A stretch of 64,000 nt of DNA from Planctomycetota bacterium. GTDB lineage: Bacteria > Planctomycetota > JAJSAM01 > JAJVHW01. Of this stretch, positions 19,495-29,316 are shown piece by piece (the first letter of the stretch is position 1; each line of letters begins with the position of its first letter). Under the pieces are notes generated by a model, which saw only the letters and a list, made by a program, of their open reading frames with translations, had not been told where the DNA came from and searched no databases. Position numbers and translations under genes: made by a program. The DNA is taken from the NCBI GenBank assembly GCA_965248445.1, contig CBDFJG010000004.1, positions 256,001-320,000 on the forward strand. The letters are read 5' to 3'.

Positions 19495-20688
19495 CTACTT
19501 GCTCTTCCGGGTCTCGCGCTTTCTACCGGCGGCCCAAGCGAGCAGCAGGCCGACCAGGATGGCGGTGGCGAGGGTCTCGGCCCACGGGAACGGCCGGCCG
19601 GAGGGAAGCTCCTGTCGAAGCGCGCCGGCAGGTCCGAGCCCCGGAGCCCACGGGACGGGGTCCATCTCGGCGGGCTCGCCCGCGCCCCACGCGGCCATGG
19701 CGCGAGCCATCGGGTACGTCGGCGGCTGCGCCTCCATGCGTCCGGCGAGCAGCGTGACCGGTTGCGGTGCGTCCGCCGGGAACCACAGGCGCCTCGCCGG
19801 CACGTACGCGGAGATCGCGGCGATGCGTGCGGATTGCGGATCGCGCAACGGGATGCGGAACCGCACCCACCGGGACATCGCTCCTCCGGCAGCGACGACG
19901 TGCCCATGCACGCGGCCGGGCGGGGCGGCACCGTCCGCCATGAACGGCAGGACACGCCAGTCGTTCGAGTCCGGGTGTCGCGCGTCGTAGACGGTTACCG
20001 CACCCGCAGCGTCCCCTTCGACCTCGATGCGCACCTCGATGTCCGGGCCGCGGCGCACGCGCAGGTCGAGCATCACATCGATGCCCCGCGCACTGACGAC
20101 GTGGTCCACCACCTCGGGCTGGATCGCGACGCGCGGGGTGTCGACGGCGTCCCACTCGGCGATGATCCGGCGCCGCGCGGCGGTCGTGACGTGGAGCAGC
20201 CTCCCGACGAACGGCGGAAGCGGAACGACACGGTCGGCGCCGTCCGTCTTCGCACCACCCGCGACCAGAATCGAGGTCATGCGGTCCGGCCGGACACCCG
20301 CGTCCACCACGACGGCGCCCGAGTCCGCCGCACCGCCGATCAGGCGCAAGCGCGCCGGCGCCGGACCGGGGCCCGGGAGCATCACGCCGACCGTCACGCG
20401 ACCGTCGTTCGCCTCCGCCTGCGTGTACTCGGAGAGCTCGACCGATTCGGGCGGCGGCCCCGCCGTGTAGACGAGCCGCTCGATCTCCTTGCCGTCGGGT
20501 CCGACAAGCCGCAGATCGTCATCGCCGTGCCGCAGGTACGCGCGCAGTACGGACGGAACGTCGAGATGCACCCACTCGCGCGCTCCATCGGGGACGCTCA
20601 CCTCGCGACGGATCAGGACATCCGGTCCGTCGACCTCACCGCCGGCGACGAGCAGGAGGGCAAGGGCGGCGGGTAGCAAGCGACGCAT
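19495..20688 (-). CDS. Hypothetical exported protein with C-terminal TM anchor (DUF3999-like)
   Basis: Signal MRRLLPAALALLL, DDLRLVGPDGKEI, P.Y motif, C-terminal TM LATAILVGLLLAWA plus basic tail. Confidence 0.6.
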   Translation of the reverse strand: MRRLLPAALALLLVAGGEVDGPDVLIRREVSVPDGAREWVHLDVPSVLRAYLRHGDDDLRLVGPDGKEIERLVYTAGPPPESVELSEYTQAEANDGRVTVGVMLPGPGPAPARLRLIGGAADSGAVVVDAGVRPDRMTSILVAGGAKTDGADRVVPLPPFVGRLLHVTTAARRRIIAEWDAVDTPRVAIQPEVVDHVVSARGIDVMLDLRVRRGPDIEVRIEVEGDAAGAVTVYDARHPDSNDWRVLPFMADGAAPPGRVHGHVVAAGGAMSRWVRFRIPLRDPQSARIAAISAYVPARRLWFPADAPQPVTLLAGRMEAQPPTYPMARAMAAWGAGEPAEMDPVPWAPGLGPAGALRQELPSGRPFPWAETLATAILVGLLLAWAAGRKRETRKSK

Positions 20689-20740
20689 GGCAAATGGTGT
20701 ACCCGATGGGTGTGCAGCCGAGGCATGCGAACAGCGGTCG

Positions 20741-20771
20741 CTGTAGGGGCGGGGCGCTGCCCCGCCCGCGA
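20741..20771 (+). repeat. GTAG-family REP-like palindrome (partial copy of the 50.1 and 58.1 kb repeat)
   Basis: CTGTAG-GGGCGGGGC-GCT-GCCCCGCCC; reverse complement occurs at 58066-58097 and, with one mismatch, at 50112-50142. Confidence 0.8.
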
Positions 20772-20783
20772 TCGGACCAGCGT

Positions 20784-22469
20784 TCACGGCAGGAGTCGCG
20801 GGCGCCACGATCCGAACGGCGGGAACGGGAACACGATCAGAGCGGCGCGGCCGCGGAGGTTCGCGCGCGGGACGAACGGCATCGGCGTCGGCCCCTCCTC
20901 GCCGAGCACGTCGGCCCGGGGGATGCTGCGCGCGACGCCGTGGCGGTCGATGAACCTCAGTTCCTTGCTCGTTCGGCGAATGTTCGCGTCCTGCCCGCCT
21001 TGCATGTTGGGGAGGTAGTCCGCTGCCACCAGCGGCTCGTCCATGCCGCGGACGCGGAAGCTGCGGCCGGTCCACGCGCGGCTGTCCTCGGACTGCTTGG
21101 CGTTGTCTCCGAGCATGAAGAACGAGTCGGGATCCACCGTCCACGCAAACGTGCCGTCCGCCGCAGGCAGGTAGAACAGGTCCTGCGCGAGCACGACCCG
21201 CGAGATGTTCATCGCGCCGCCGCTCCCCCCCACCGCCGCACCATGCTTGCGGCCGCTGCCGCGCGGAACGTCGAGTTCGCCGACAACCGCGCCGTCGAGC
21301 AGGGCGCGCGCAACGCCGTCTGCGACCTCCAGCGCGACGCGCGTGCTGCCGGACACGGCCGCGGAGAATTCCGCTTCCGCTTGCCCGCCCACGGAGAGCC
21401 GCCCCTTGCCGTTCGATCCGCACTCGAACGTCACCTCGGTGCCCCGCGTGATGACCCGCGCAATGACGCGAGCGCTGTCGTCATCGGGTTCCGCGGTGAA
21501 CGCGACGCGGAGATCCGGCGTCGTGACCCGTCCCCTGTACCTCAGCAAGCCCGCGCGATCGCCCCGGGGCTCGAACCGCAGCACGCCTTCCTTGACGCGC
21601 TTGAACCCGTCGTCCTCCGATGCGGTCCACGCTTCCGCGATCTTGCGCTGCTTGCCGACACCGTCCCGGCTCGGGAAGACCTCACGCCAGACACTGGCCT
21701 GCACTGCGGGCGGCTTCCTCGCGATCGTGCCGTCGATGACCACGTCGCCGTCGATGATCTCCACGTCCTCACCCGGAAGACCGATGAGGCGTTTGACGAA
21801 CGGTACGTGCTCGCCGAGCGGGTACGCGAAGACCACGATCTCGAAGCGACGGGGCGCGCGGAGGTGGTAGACGGCGCGGTCCACCAGCACGTGATCGCCT
21901 GACCGTCCCTTCCCCGCGACCATATGGTTGCCGTAGATCGTCGGCTGCATCGATCCCGTCGGCACGGCCGTGTGTTCGACGACGACCATCCAGAAGACGA
22001 TGGCGGTCGCGACGGCGTACGCGATGCGCTCGATCCGGAACGCGCGGCCACTGACGTCCTTGGGCGGCCCGCGAGGATCCGGTGGCGGCGCCGGCACCGG
22101 TGGCATGCGGCGGCGCAGCGCGGACAGCGCCACCGCGACGAACGCGGCCGCGCCGAGAAGCACACCCCACGCTGCCCCGAAAACGAACACGACGGCGCCC
22201 GCTCCGAGCAATCCGGCGGCGGCGATCGCGTCCCCCCGCGACCGCGTCATCACCAGGTGCGCGATGATCGCTACTGCCGCGTACGTCAGCACCAGCGCGT
22301 TGACGTGAGCCAGCGTGCCGGTGCCGAGTTCCCGCGCCCGCGGGAGCAAGCCGGAGACGAGCGCTGTGGTGGCGGCGGCGTTGCGCAGTCGCCTGCCGAC
22401 CCGCGACCGGTCCGCCGGCATCAGCGCATCCGCGACCGGCGACAGCACGTAGGCGAAGAAGGCTCTCAC
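20784..22469 (-). CDS. lepB: Signal peptidase I
   Basis: PTGSMQPT (catalytic Ser), VKRLIGLPGE (Lys), FMLGDNAKQSEDSR. Confidence 0.9.
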   Translation of the reverse strand: MRAFFAYVLSPVADALMPADRSRVGRRLRNAAATTALVSGLLPRARELGTGTLAHVNALVLTYAAVAIIAHLVMTRSRGDAIAAAGLLGAGAVVFVFGAAWGVLLGAAAFVAVALSALRRRMPPVPAPPPDPRGPPKDVSGRAFRIERIAYAVATAIVFWMVVVEHTAVPTGSMQPTIYGNHMVAGKGRSGDHVLVDRAVYHLRAPRRFEIVVFAYPLGEHVPFVKRLIGLPGEDVEIIDGDVVIDGTIARKPPAVQASVWREVFPSRDGVGKQRKIAEAWTASEDDGFKRVKEGVLRFEPRGDRAGLLRYRGRVTTPDLRVAFTAEPDDDSARVIARVITRGTEVTFECGSNGKGRLSVGGQAEAEFSAAVSGSTRVALEVADGVARALLDGAVVGELDVPRGSGRKHGAAVGGSGGAMNISRVVLAQDLFYLPAADGTFAWTVDPDSFFMLGDNAKQSEDSRAWTGRSFRVRGMDEPLVAADYLPNMQGGQDANIRRTSKELRFIDRHGVARSIPRADVLGEEGPTPMPFVPRANLRGRAALIVFPFPPFGSWRPRLLP

Positions 22470-22476
22470 TGGCCGG

Positions 22477-24252
22477 TTACTTACCCAGGTCGCCGTAGAA
22501 GCGCCACTTCGTCTCGTGGTTCAGCGACAGCGGTGCGTCGGACAGCGCCGCCCTCACGAACTCCACGGGGATCGAGTTCTGCTCGAGCACACGATCGTGG
22601 AACGTCCGCTCCGTCATCCGGCCGGACTCGACGAGTTCCCGGTGCAGTGCCCGGATCTGCTGCCCGCCGATCATGTACGCGCACTGGTAGAGCGGCCCGT
22701 AACCGCCGGAGATGTAGCGGCGCACTTCGCTCTCGGCCGCGCTCTTCTCGTGACCGACGACGTCCACCAGGTAGTCGACCATCTCGCTGGGTTCCATCTC
22801 GCCGAGGTGGAACTTGATGGTGACCACGATCCGCGCGCAGCGGTGCTTGCGCCAGAAGAGCATGCCGACCCGGTCCTCAGGGCCGCGCGGCCAGTCGAGA
22901 TCCCACAGCCGCATCTCCCAGTAGAGCGCCCAGCCCTCGACGAAGAACGGCGTGCGAAAGGCCTGGCGCTGCGCGTTCGCGCGATCCGCCACGAACAACT
23001 GCAGGTGGTGCCCCGGGATGAGCTCGTGCGGCGTAACGATCCGGGAGAAGTGCTCGTTGTTCCCGCGCATGCTCATCAGCTTGTCGCTGTGAGACATGTC
23101 CTCGGTGGCATACGCCACGTGCATGCGCTGCCCGGAGTACGCGGCGTACGGAAGGGTCTTCTGTCCCTTCGAGGAGATCATGTCCAGGTACCACGCCTCT
23201 TTGCAGAGCGGCGGCACCGTCAACAGCTCACGGCTCTCCACGAACTCGATCGCCTCCTTGGACTGACGCGCCACGAGGTCATCCATCTCGCCCGGCTCGG
23301 CGTGCAGCGACTTGACGTGCGCGAGCAGCGCCTTCCAGTCGTCTCCGGGCAGCTTCTCGGTGAGTTCCTTTGCCCGCGCGCGGCACCAGTCCATCTCGCG
23401 CTCGGCGATCGCGAGCAGTTCGTCAGGGCCGTAGGGCATCGACTCCTCGCGGATAGCTGCGGTCAGAGCCTCGCGGCCGATGGGGTCGCCGAACAGGTCG
23501 CCCCCCTCTTTCTTCACGCCGGCAACGGTCTCGCGCAGGTGCTTCGCGTACTCGTCGAGGGCGGTCTTCGCCGCCTTGTGCGGCGCGCGATTCCACCAGC
23601 CGAACTCCGGTTCGTATCCGTCTCGGTACTCGAACCACGTCTTGAGCGTCCTGGTCAGTCGGTCCACGGCGCGCGCCGCGCGGAAGGCCTGGTGCTTCGA
23701 CGGATGGAGAGCGTCGGCGTTTTCCTCCGCGTCCTTCTCCTTGGGGTCCTTCTCCTTCGCGGGCTTCTTCACGCGGTCCGTCAGCGCCTTGGCCGCATCC
23801 GCGATCGACGAGAGCACGCCTGCCGCGTCGCGGGCGGACACCGACTCCATGCGGCGGCGGGCCTCCTCGAGCTTCACGACGTCATCGGCGAAGGGAACGA
23901 GGCCGGCGATCTCCGCTTCACGTGCCGCCTCGGTCTCGAGTCGCCGCAACGACGTCCGCACGCGGTTGCGCAGCAGCAGCAGGTCGATCTGTGCCGGGCG
24001 CGAGAGCGACGCGAAGCCATCGCGCTGCGCCTCGATGCGCGCCTGCCAGCCCGTGAGGAAGCGGCGCATCCGGTCGCGCGCCTGCGCCGAGAGGGGCACG
24101 GAGTGGAAGTCGCGCACCGTCGCCTGGTCGGCGACGAAGTTCTCGATCATCACGCGGGTGTCGAGCGGCGAATCGTCCGCCCGGGCCGGCGCACCTGCCA
24201 GGACCGCCGCGACCATCGAGAGGGCGGCGAGGTGGAGCGTTCTGCGCATCAT
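22477..24252 (-). CDS. DUF885 family protein (secreted, metallopeptidase-like fold)
   Basis: Signal peptide MRRTLHLAALSMVAAVLAGAPARA; HELIPGHHLQ, FVEGWALYWE, EVRRY, YMIG. Confidence 0.85.
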   Translation of the reverse strand: MMRRTLHLAALSMVAAVLAGAPARADDSPLDTRVMIENFVADQATVRDFHSVPLSAQARDRMRRFLTGWQARIEAQRDGFASLSRPAQIDLLLLRNRVRTSLRRLETEAAREAEIAGLVPFADDVVKLEEARRRMESVSARDAAGVLSSIADAAKALTDRVKKPAKEKDPKEKDAEENADALHPSKHQAFRAARAVDRLTRTLKTWFEYRDGYEPEFGWWNRAPHKAAKTALDEYAKHLRETVAGVKKEGGDLFGDPIGREALTAAIREESMPYGPDELLAIAEREMDWCRARAKELTEKLPGDDWKALLAHVKSLHAEPGEMDDLVARQSKEAIEFVESRELLTVPPLCKEAWYLDMISSKGQKTLPYAAYSGQRMHVAYATEDMSHSDKLMSMRGNNEHFSRIVTPHELIPGHHLQLFVADRANAQRQAFRTPFFVEGWALYWEMRLWDLDWPRGPEDRVGMLFWRKHRCARIVVTIKFHLGEMEPSEMVDYLVDVVGHEKSAAESEVRRYISGGYGPLYQCAYMIGGQQIRALHRELVESGRMTERTFHDRVLEQNSIPVEFVRAALSDAPLSLNHETKWRFYGDLGK

Positions 24253-24279
24253 CGAGTCCTCCGGAGGCAAGATAGCCGC

Positions 24280-25332
24280 ATGCGCGTCCGTGACGTCCTC
24301 GCGACCGTGCGGCACCTGGCGCCGCGTGTACTGCTCGGGCTGGTGCTGCTGGTCGGGTGGGCCTGGTGCCTCGGTGCGATCTGGTTCTCCGAGATCGGGC
24401 CGCCTGCCGCCCGGTGGGCCGCCATGGGCCTCTTCGTGCTCGTCTTCCCGGTCCTCCTGCTGCGCGGCATGGAGGTCCGCCACGTCGTCTTCACGTTCCT
24501 GGCCGTGTTCGTCGCCGGGGTGCTGCTCTTCCACCTGCGGCGGCCGTCGCTGGAGCGGGACTGGGTGGCTGAGATGGCACGCGGCCCGGAAGTCGACGTC
24601 ACCGGCGACCGTGTCACGGTCACGAACGTCCGGAACTGCTTCTACCGAGGCGAGTTCGACTTCGACGTGCGGTGGGAGGTCCGCGGTTACGACCTCATGA
24701 AACTGCGAACGCTCGACTTCATGGTCGAGCGCTTCCACAAGACCGACGGACCGGCCCACACGTTTCTCTCGTTCGGCTTCGGCGATGATCCGGAGACGCG
24801 CGAGTACGTCACGGTGTCGGTCGAGATCCGCCGCGAGGAGGGCGAGTCGTTCGAGGTTCTGCGCGCTCTCTACCGGCAGTACGAACTCCTCTACGTCGTG
24901 GCCGATGAGCGGGACGTCCTGCAACTGCGCACGAACTATCGCAGGTCACGGACGTACCTGTTCCCGGTGAAGACGACCTACGAGCGCATGCGCGCGGTCT
25001 TTATCTCCATGGTCGAGCGCGCGAACGCACTCAGCCACGAGCCCGAGTACTACAACACCGCGACGAGCACGTGCACCACCAACATCGTGTCGCACGTCAA
25101 CGAGTTGTTCCCGGGTCGCGTGCCGATGCACCTGGCGGTCCTGTTGCCCGGCTACTCCGGGCGGCTGGCGCACGAGATCGGTGCGGTAGACCTGGCCGCG
25201 CTCGGACTCGACGGCGAGATCGACTTCGCGCTCGTCGAAGAGGCGTGCCGCATCGACGACGACGCGCAAAAGTTCCCGGACGATCCCGACTTCTCGCGCA
25301 GGGTGCGCGCGGCGCGCCGCGCTGTCCGCTGA
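24280..25332 (+). CDS. DUF4105 / Lnb-like domain membrane protein
   Basis: Three N-terminal TMs, NVRN..YR, AHTFLSFGF, SVEIRRE, QYEL.YV.ADERD, YNT...CTT, LPGYS. Confidence 0.85.
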   Translation: MRVRDVLATVRHLAPRVLLGLVLLVGWAWCLGAIWFSEIGPPAARWAAMGLFVLVFPVLLLRGMEVRHVVFTFLAVFVAGVLLFHLRRPSLERDWVAEMARGPEVDVTGDRVTVTNVRNCFYRGEFDFDVRWEVRGYDLMKLRTLDFMVERFHKTDGPAHTFLSFGFGDDPETREYVTVSVEIRREEGESFEVLRALYRQYELLYVVADERDVLQLRTNYRRSRTYLFPVKTTYERMRAVFISMVERANALSHEPEYYNTATSTCTTNIVSHVNELFPGRVPMHLAVLLPGYSGRLAHEIGAVDLAALGLDGEIDFALVEEACRIDDDAQKFPDDPDFSRRVRAARRAVR

Positions 25333-25339
25333 GCCCGGT

Positions 25340-26638
25340 TCACTCGGGCAGCGGACCGTTGGTGCGCACTACGTGCACGTCCCGCTGCGGGTACGGGATC
25401 GAGATGCCCTCGGCGTCGAAGCGCCGCTTGACCTCCGCCGTGACGTCCCACCGCACAGTCCAGTAGTCCGGCGTCCGCACCCACGGCCGCACGACGAAGT
25501 TGACCGACGAGTCGGCGAGCTCGTGCAGGCGGATGACGGGCGCGGGATCGTCGAGCACCTTCTCGTGCGCCGTGACGATCTCGGTCAGAACCGAACTCGC
25601 CTTCTCGATGTCGTCTTCGTACGCGACGCCGAACGTCAGGTCGATGCGGCGTTTGTCGCTCCCGGTCACGTTGGTGATGGTGCCGCCCCAGATCTTGCCG
25701 TTCGGGATGACGATCAGCTGGTTGTCGCCGCTGGTGAGCACCGTCGACACGAGGTTCATGTGCTTGACGCTGCCCTGCTCGCCGGCGGCCTTGATCCAGT
25801 CGCCGAGGTCGTACGGCTGGTAGATCAGGATCATGAGTCCGGCTGCGAAGTTGCCGAGCGTCTCCTGCAGGGCAAAGCCGAGGATGAACCCCGCGACTCC
25901 CATCGCCGCGAGCATCGGCCCCACTTCGACCTCGAGCATCGAGAGCGCAACGAGAATGCCGATCAGGAGGATGACGTTCTTCGCGATGTTGACGGCGAAC
26001 CGCTCGAGCATCTCGTTGAAGTCCATGAACGCCGTGTTCAGCAGCCGGCGCAGAACCGCCGCGACGATCTTGCCGAGCAGCCAAGCGATCACCAGCACGA
26101 GTAGGAACTTGCCGATGTTCCTGGCCCAGCGGAGGCCGCCCTCCTCGGACTTCCCCCAGCTCTTGATGGTCGTCCACGCTCCGCTCGCGTCGGTCACGTC
26201 GATCTCGGCGGTGATGTCTGCGACGGCGTCTGCGTACGCCCGGTACTCCTCGATGTCGCCGCCCTTCAGCTGCAACTCGCCGAGCACGGCTCGATTGCGG
26301 TCGTAGATGCGCGTGCGCTGGCTCACGAGCTTCGCCAGCCGTTCCCGCTTCGCCTCGAGCTCCGCGCCCTGGGCCGAGAGACTCTCGACCCGCAGCCCGC
26401 TGACCTCGATCTGGGTCGCACGCAGGAGTTGCTGCCACGCCTTCGCCTCGACCTCGAGCTGCTGCTTCGTCAGGGGCTTCAGCCGGTGAGCCAGTTCGGT
26501 GAGGTCGATCTCTTGCTGGAATGCCGTCCGGGCGTTCTCCGGCGGCGGATCTCCGTCCTGCGCCCACGCAGGGACCGCCGCGAGCGCCGCGGCGAGCGCG
26601 AGTAGGAGGGTCAGAGCGTGGGTGCGGAGGGTCTTCAT
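25340..26638 (-). CDS. mscS: Small-conductance mechanosensitive channel with N-terminal periplasmic coiled-coil extension
   Basis: GFALQETLGNFAAG, PYDLGDWI, IPNG, RRID, LADSSVNF, ISIPYPQ. Confidence 0.9.
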   Translation of the reverse strand: MKTLRTHALTLLLALAAALAAVPAWAQDGDPPPENARTAFQQEIDLTELAHRLKPLTKQQLEVEAKAWQQLLRATQIEVSGLRVESLSAQGAELEAKRERLAKLVSQRTRIYDRNRAVLGELQLKGGDIEEYRAYADAVADITAEIDVTDASGAWTTIKSWGKSEEGGLRWARNIGKFLLVLVIAWLLGKIVAAVLRRLLNTAFMDFNEMLERFAVNIAKNVILLIGILVALSMLEVEVGPMLAAMGVAGFILGFALQETLGNFAAGLMILIYQPYDLGDWIKAAGEQGSVKHMNLVSTVLTSGDNQLIVIPNGKIWGGTITNVTGSDKRRIDLTFGVAYEDDIEKASSVLTEIVTAHEKVLDDPAPVIRLHELADSSVNFVVRPWVRTPDYWTVRWDVTAEVKRRFDAEGISIPYPQRDVHVVRTNGPLPE

Positions 26639-26743
26639 GGGCGCCTCGGGGGAGGTCCTCTCTCTAGCACGCCTCGTGCGACCGCGCGGGCTGTTAACGT
26701 CCGTGGCGCCGGGCGGGCGGTTGGTGAGGCTCCCTGCCCGCGC

Positions 26744-28243
26744 GTAACCGTTCACCCCTTCGTCGCGAGCCAGGATCCAGATCGTTCGGCCATCGGTCGA
26801 TCAAGATGTTGTGGGCGAGCGGCAGGACGAGGATCTGCGGGCGATGGTCGAGGGCCTTCTGGCCTGGATCGAGGAGCTGGAGCGTCGCGAAGCGAAGCAT
26901 CTGCGCCGCATCGACGAGCTCGAGTCGCGTCTGAAGCGTGACTCCCGCAACAGCTCGAGGCCTCCGTCGTCGGACCCGGCGTGGTCCAAGCGCCGTCGCG
27001 GCCGAAGGCCGCGTAGCGGTCGCCAGCAGGGCGGACAGCCGGGCCATGAGGGCACGGCGCGCGAGCTGGTGGATCCGTCCAACGTCGATGAGACCAAGGA
27101 GCACCGTCCCGACCGCTGCGACGCGTGCGGACACGACGATCTCGAGCAGGGCATCGGCGATCCGTACCGGCACCAGGTGACGGTGCTCCCGCGCGTGCTC
27201 GTCACGGTGCGGGAGCACCGGCTGCACAAGGCGCGGTGCCGGCGCTGTCGTGCGGTCACGACGGCGGTCCTGCCCGATGGCGTGCCGACCGGGGCCTTCG
27301 GTCCGCGGCTGACCACACTTGCCGGCGCGCTGCGCGGCGTGTACCGCGTGAGCGTGCGGGAGACGCAGCGGCTGCTCGGTGAGATCTTCGGTGTGAAGAT
27401 GTCGCTGGGCAAGATCAGCGACTGTGAGCGTCGGCTCAGTGACGCTCTGCACTCGTCGTACCTCGAAGCCCTCGGGGCAGTCCGCACGTCGCTGCGAGCC
27501 AACGTGGACGAGACGTCGTGGAAGGAACGGGGCCGGGTGTGCTGGCTGTGGGCGGCGGAGAGCGAGCACGCCACAGCCTTCGGGATCGATCGCCGCCGCA
27601 GTGCCAAGGCGAAAGGGCGGCTGATCGGGCGGCGCTTCGGTGGCACGGTGATCAGCGACCGGATGGGTGCCTACGAGTCACACCCACTTGCCCGCCGCCA
27701 GCTCTGCTGGGCGCACATCGAGCGCGCCTTCCGTGCGCTGGCCGAAGGCCCGCGAGGACATCGCCGCTTCGGCAACAAGGGCGTCATGATCGCGCAGTCG
27801 GTCATGCGCAGCTACCGGCTCTTCGGTGAGCACGGCGACCGTGACCGGCTGCAAGGCGAAGCCGCTGTGCTGCGCGGACGGCTCGAGCGACTGATCGCGA
27901 ACGACGACTCGGCTCTGGCCAACCATCTGCGCCCCCGCGTGGTCGCCCTCTTCACCTATGCGCGGACCCAGGACGTGAGTCCGACGAACAACGCCGCCGA
28001 GCGCGCGGTCCGCAAAGCGGTGCTCTGGCGCAAGGGCTCCTTCGGAAGCCAGTCCGCTCGCGGACTCCGCTTCGCCGAGCGCGTGTTGACCGCCGCGGCC
28101 ACGCTGCGACGCCGTGGCGACCAAGTCTTCGACTTCCTCGCCGACTCGGTCGCCGCGCACCTCACCGGCGCCGACCCGCCCGTCATGGTCCCGCTGCCCG
28201 TCGCACGCTGAGGCTCACACGCTGTCAAGGGGTGAACGGTTAC
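26744..28243 (+). mobile_element. IS66-family insertion sequence (single-ORF, ISBst12-like), copy A, 1500 bp
   Basis: Perfect 17-bp terminal inverted repeats GTAACCGTTCACCCCTT / AAGGGGTGAACGGTTAC around a TnpC ORF. Confidence 0.9.
26811..28211 (+). CDS. IS66 family transposase (TnpC)
   Basis: Coiled coil, NSSRPPSSD, GGQPGH, CxxC...CxxC, DDE motifs NVDET / SDRMGAY / TNNAAER, QLCWAH. Confidence 0.95.
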   Translation: MGERQDEDLRAMVEGLLAWIEELERREAKHLRRIDELESRLKRDSRNSSRPPSSDPAWSKRRRGRRPRSGRQQGGQPGHEGTARELVDPSNVDETKEHRPDRCDACGHDDLEQGIGDPYRHQVTVLPRVLVTVREHRLHKARCRRCRAVTTAVLPDGVPTGAFGPRLTTLAGALRGVYRVSVRETQRLLGEIFGVKMSLGKISDCERRLSDALHSSYLEALGAVRTSLRANVDETSWKERGRVCWLWAAESEHATAFGIDRRRSAKAKGRLIGRRFGGTVISDRMGAYESHPLARRQLCWAHIERAFRALAEGPRGHRRFGNKGVMIAQSVMRSYRLFGEHGDRDRLQGEAAVLRGRLERLIANDDSALANHLRPRVVALFTYARTQDVSPTNNAAERAVRKAVLWRKGSFGSQSARGLRFAERVLTAAATLRRRGDQVFDFLADSVAAHLTGADPPVMVPLPVAR

Positions 28244-29316
28244 GCGCGGTGGAGTTCCGAATGCGAGCTCGGGACGTGAACTCACTCGCCGAACGGACGG
28301 CTCGTGAGTACCAAAGCCGCGCAGCCACGGGCGGCCCCCGATCAGTCGGGCGCCCCCTCAAAACCAATGAGCCCCGCCACACCGCGTGACGAGGCTCAGG
28401 GGGAGAGGCGAGGGGACGCGGCGCTGATGGAACCGCGACTTGCCCCCTGCCTAGATACGCAGTGTACCAGACGCGCGACCCAGTTGTGTCGGACCCGAGT
28501 ATTCACCGACGAGACAGCGTGGGGTGTGAACCCGACAAACCGCTGCTTGGTGTGGCGAGGGCATGACTCGCACAGTGCGAGGCAGCTGCTCATCGAGTAG
28601 GCGCCCTCAGCCGTGACACGGGTGGACCTCGCAACCTCCCCGGCGCCCCGGCGCGAGTAGTCGCAGGGGCCGCACTGGTGCGAACACACCTCCGTCTCGC
28701 ACCCGCACCGTCCGACGGCGCGCTTGGAGAAATCGCTCTCGTAACTCCTCAATTGCGGACGCGGCCCGCTCCCCGAAGTGACTATCTGAGCCGATGCGTC
28801 CTCGCCCGAAGAGCACGTAGACGTCATCGCGTTCCTCGTGCTGGGCTGCTGAGACGTCCGCCCGGGATGGGGTTGCGTTGCGAGCCCTGGGAGTGCAGAA
28901 GTTGTGGCGCTGCGAACGACAGAGCGCCCTGTTCGATGTCAAACACGAACAGGGCGCCACGAGAGAGAAGGAACGCTGACGCGTGCGACAGCGCCTCCAA
29001 CTTGAGATTCTGCGCGACAAGTGGGACAGGAAAGAACGGGGTGGCCACCTGGCACTACGACACATGCGGACCGCCATGTCGGCGGCTCATCGCGAGTCGC
29101 GGTCGAAATCGCGTCGGGAGGTGTCGAGTTGCCAGATCCTGTCGTAGTCAGCGCCAGGAGTCAGTCCAAGCCGAGCGCATTGTCCCTCCACAGCGCGATC
29201 CGCACTGCAGAGGCAAGTCAGGACGATTGCGGATCGCTCGCGACAGCGCGTGTCTACGCGGCTGGCGCACAATGGAGCCTGTGGGGCGGGATGCGCAACG
29301 CTACCGCCCGCTAGCC

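Noticed and set aside
26671..26680. GCCTCGTGCG vs GCCTCGTACG (37792) as attL/attR direct repeat of the island
   Set aside because: 9 of 10 match in GC-rich DNA is too weak without an empty-site comparison
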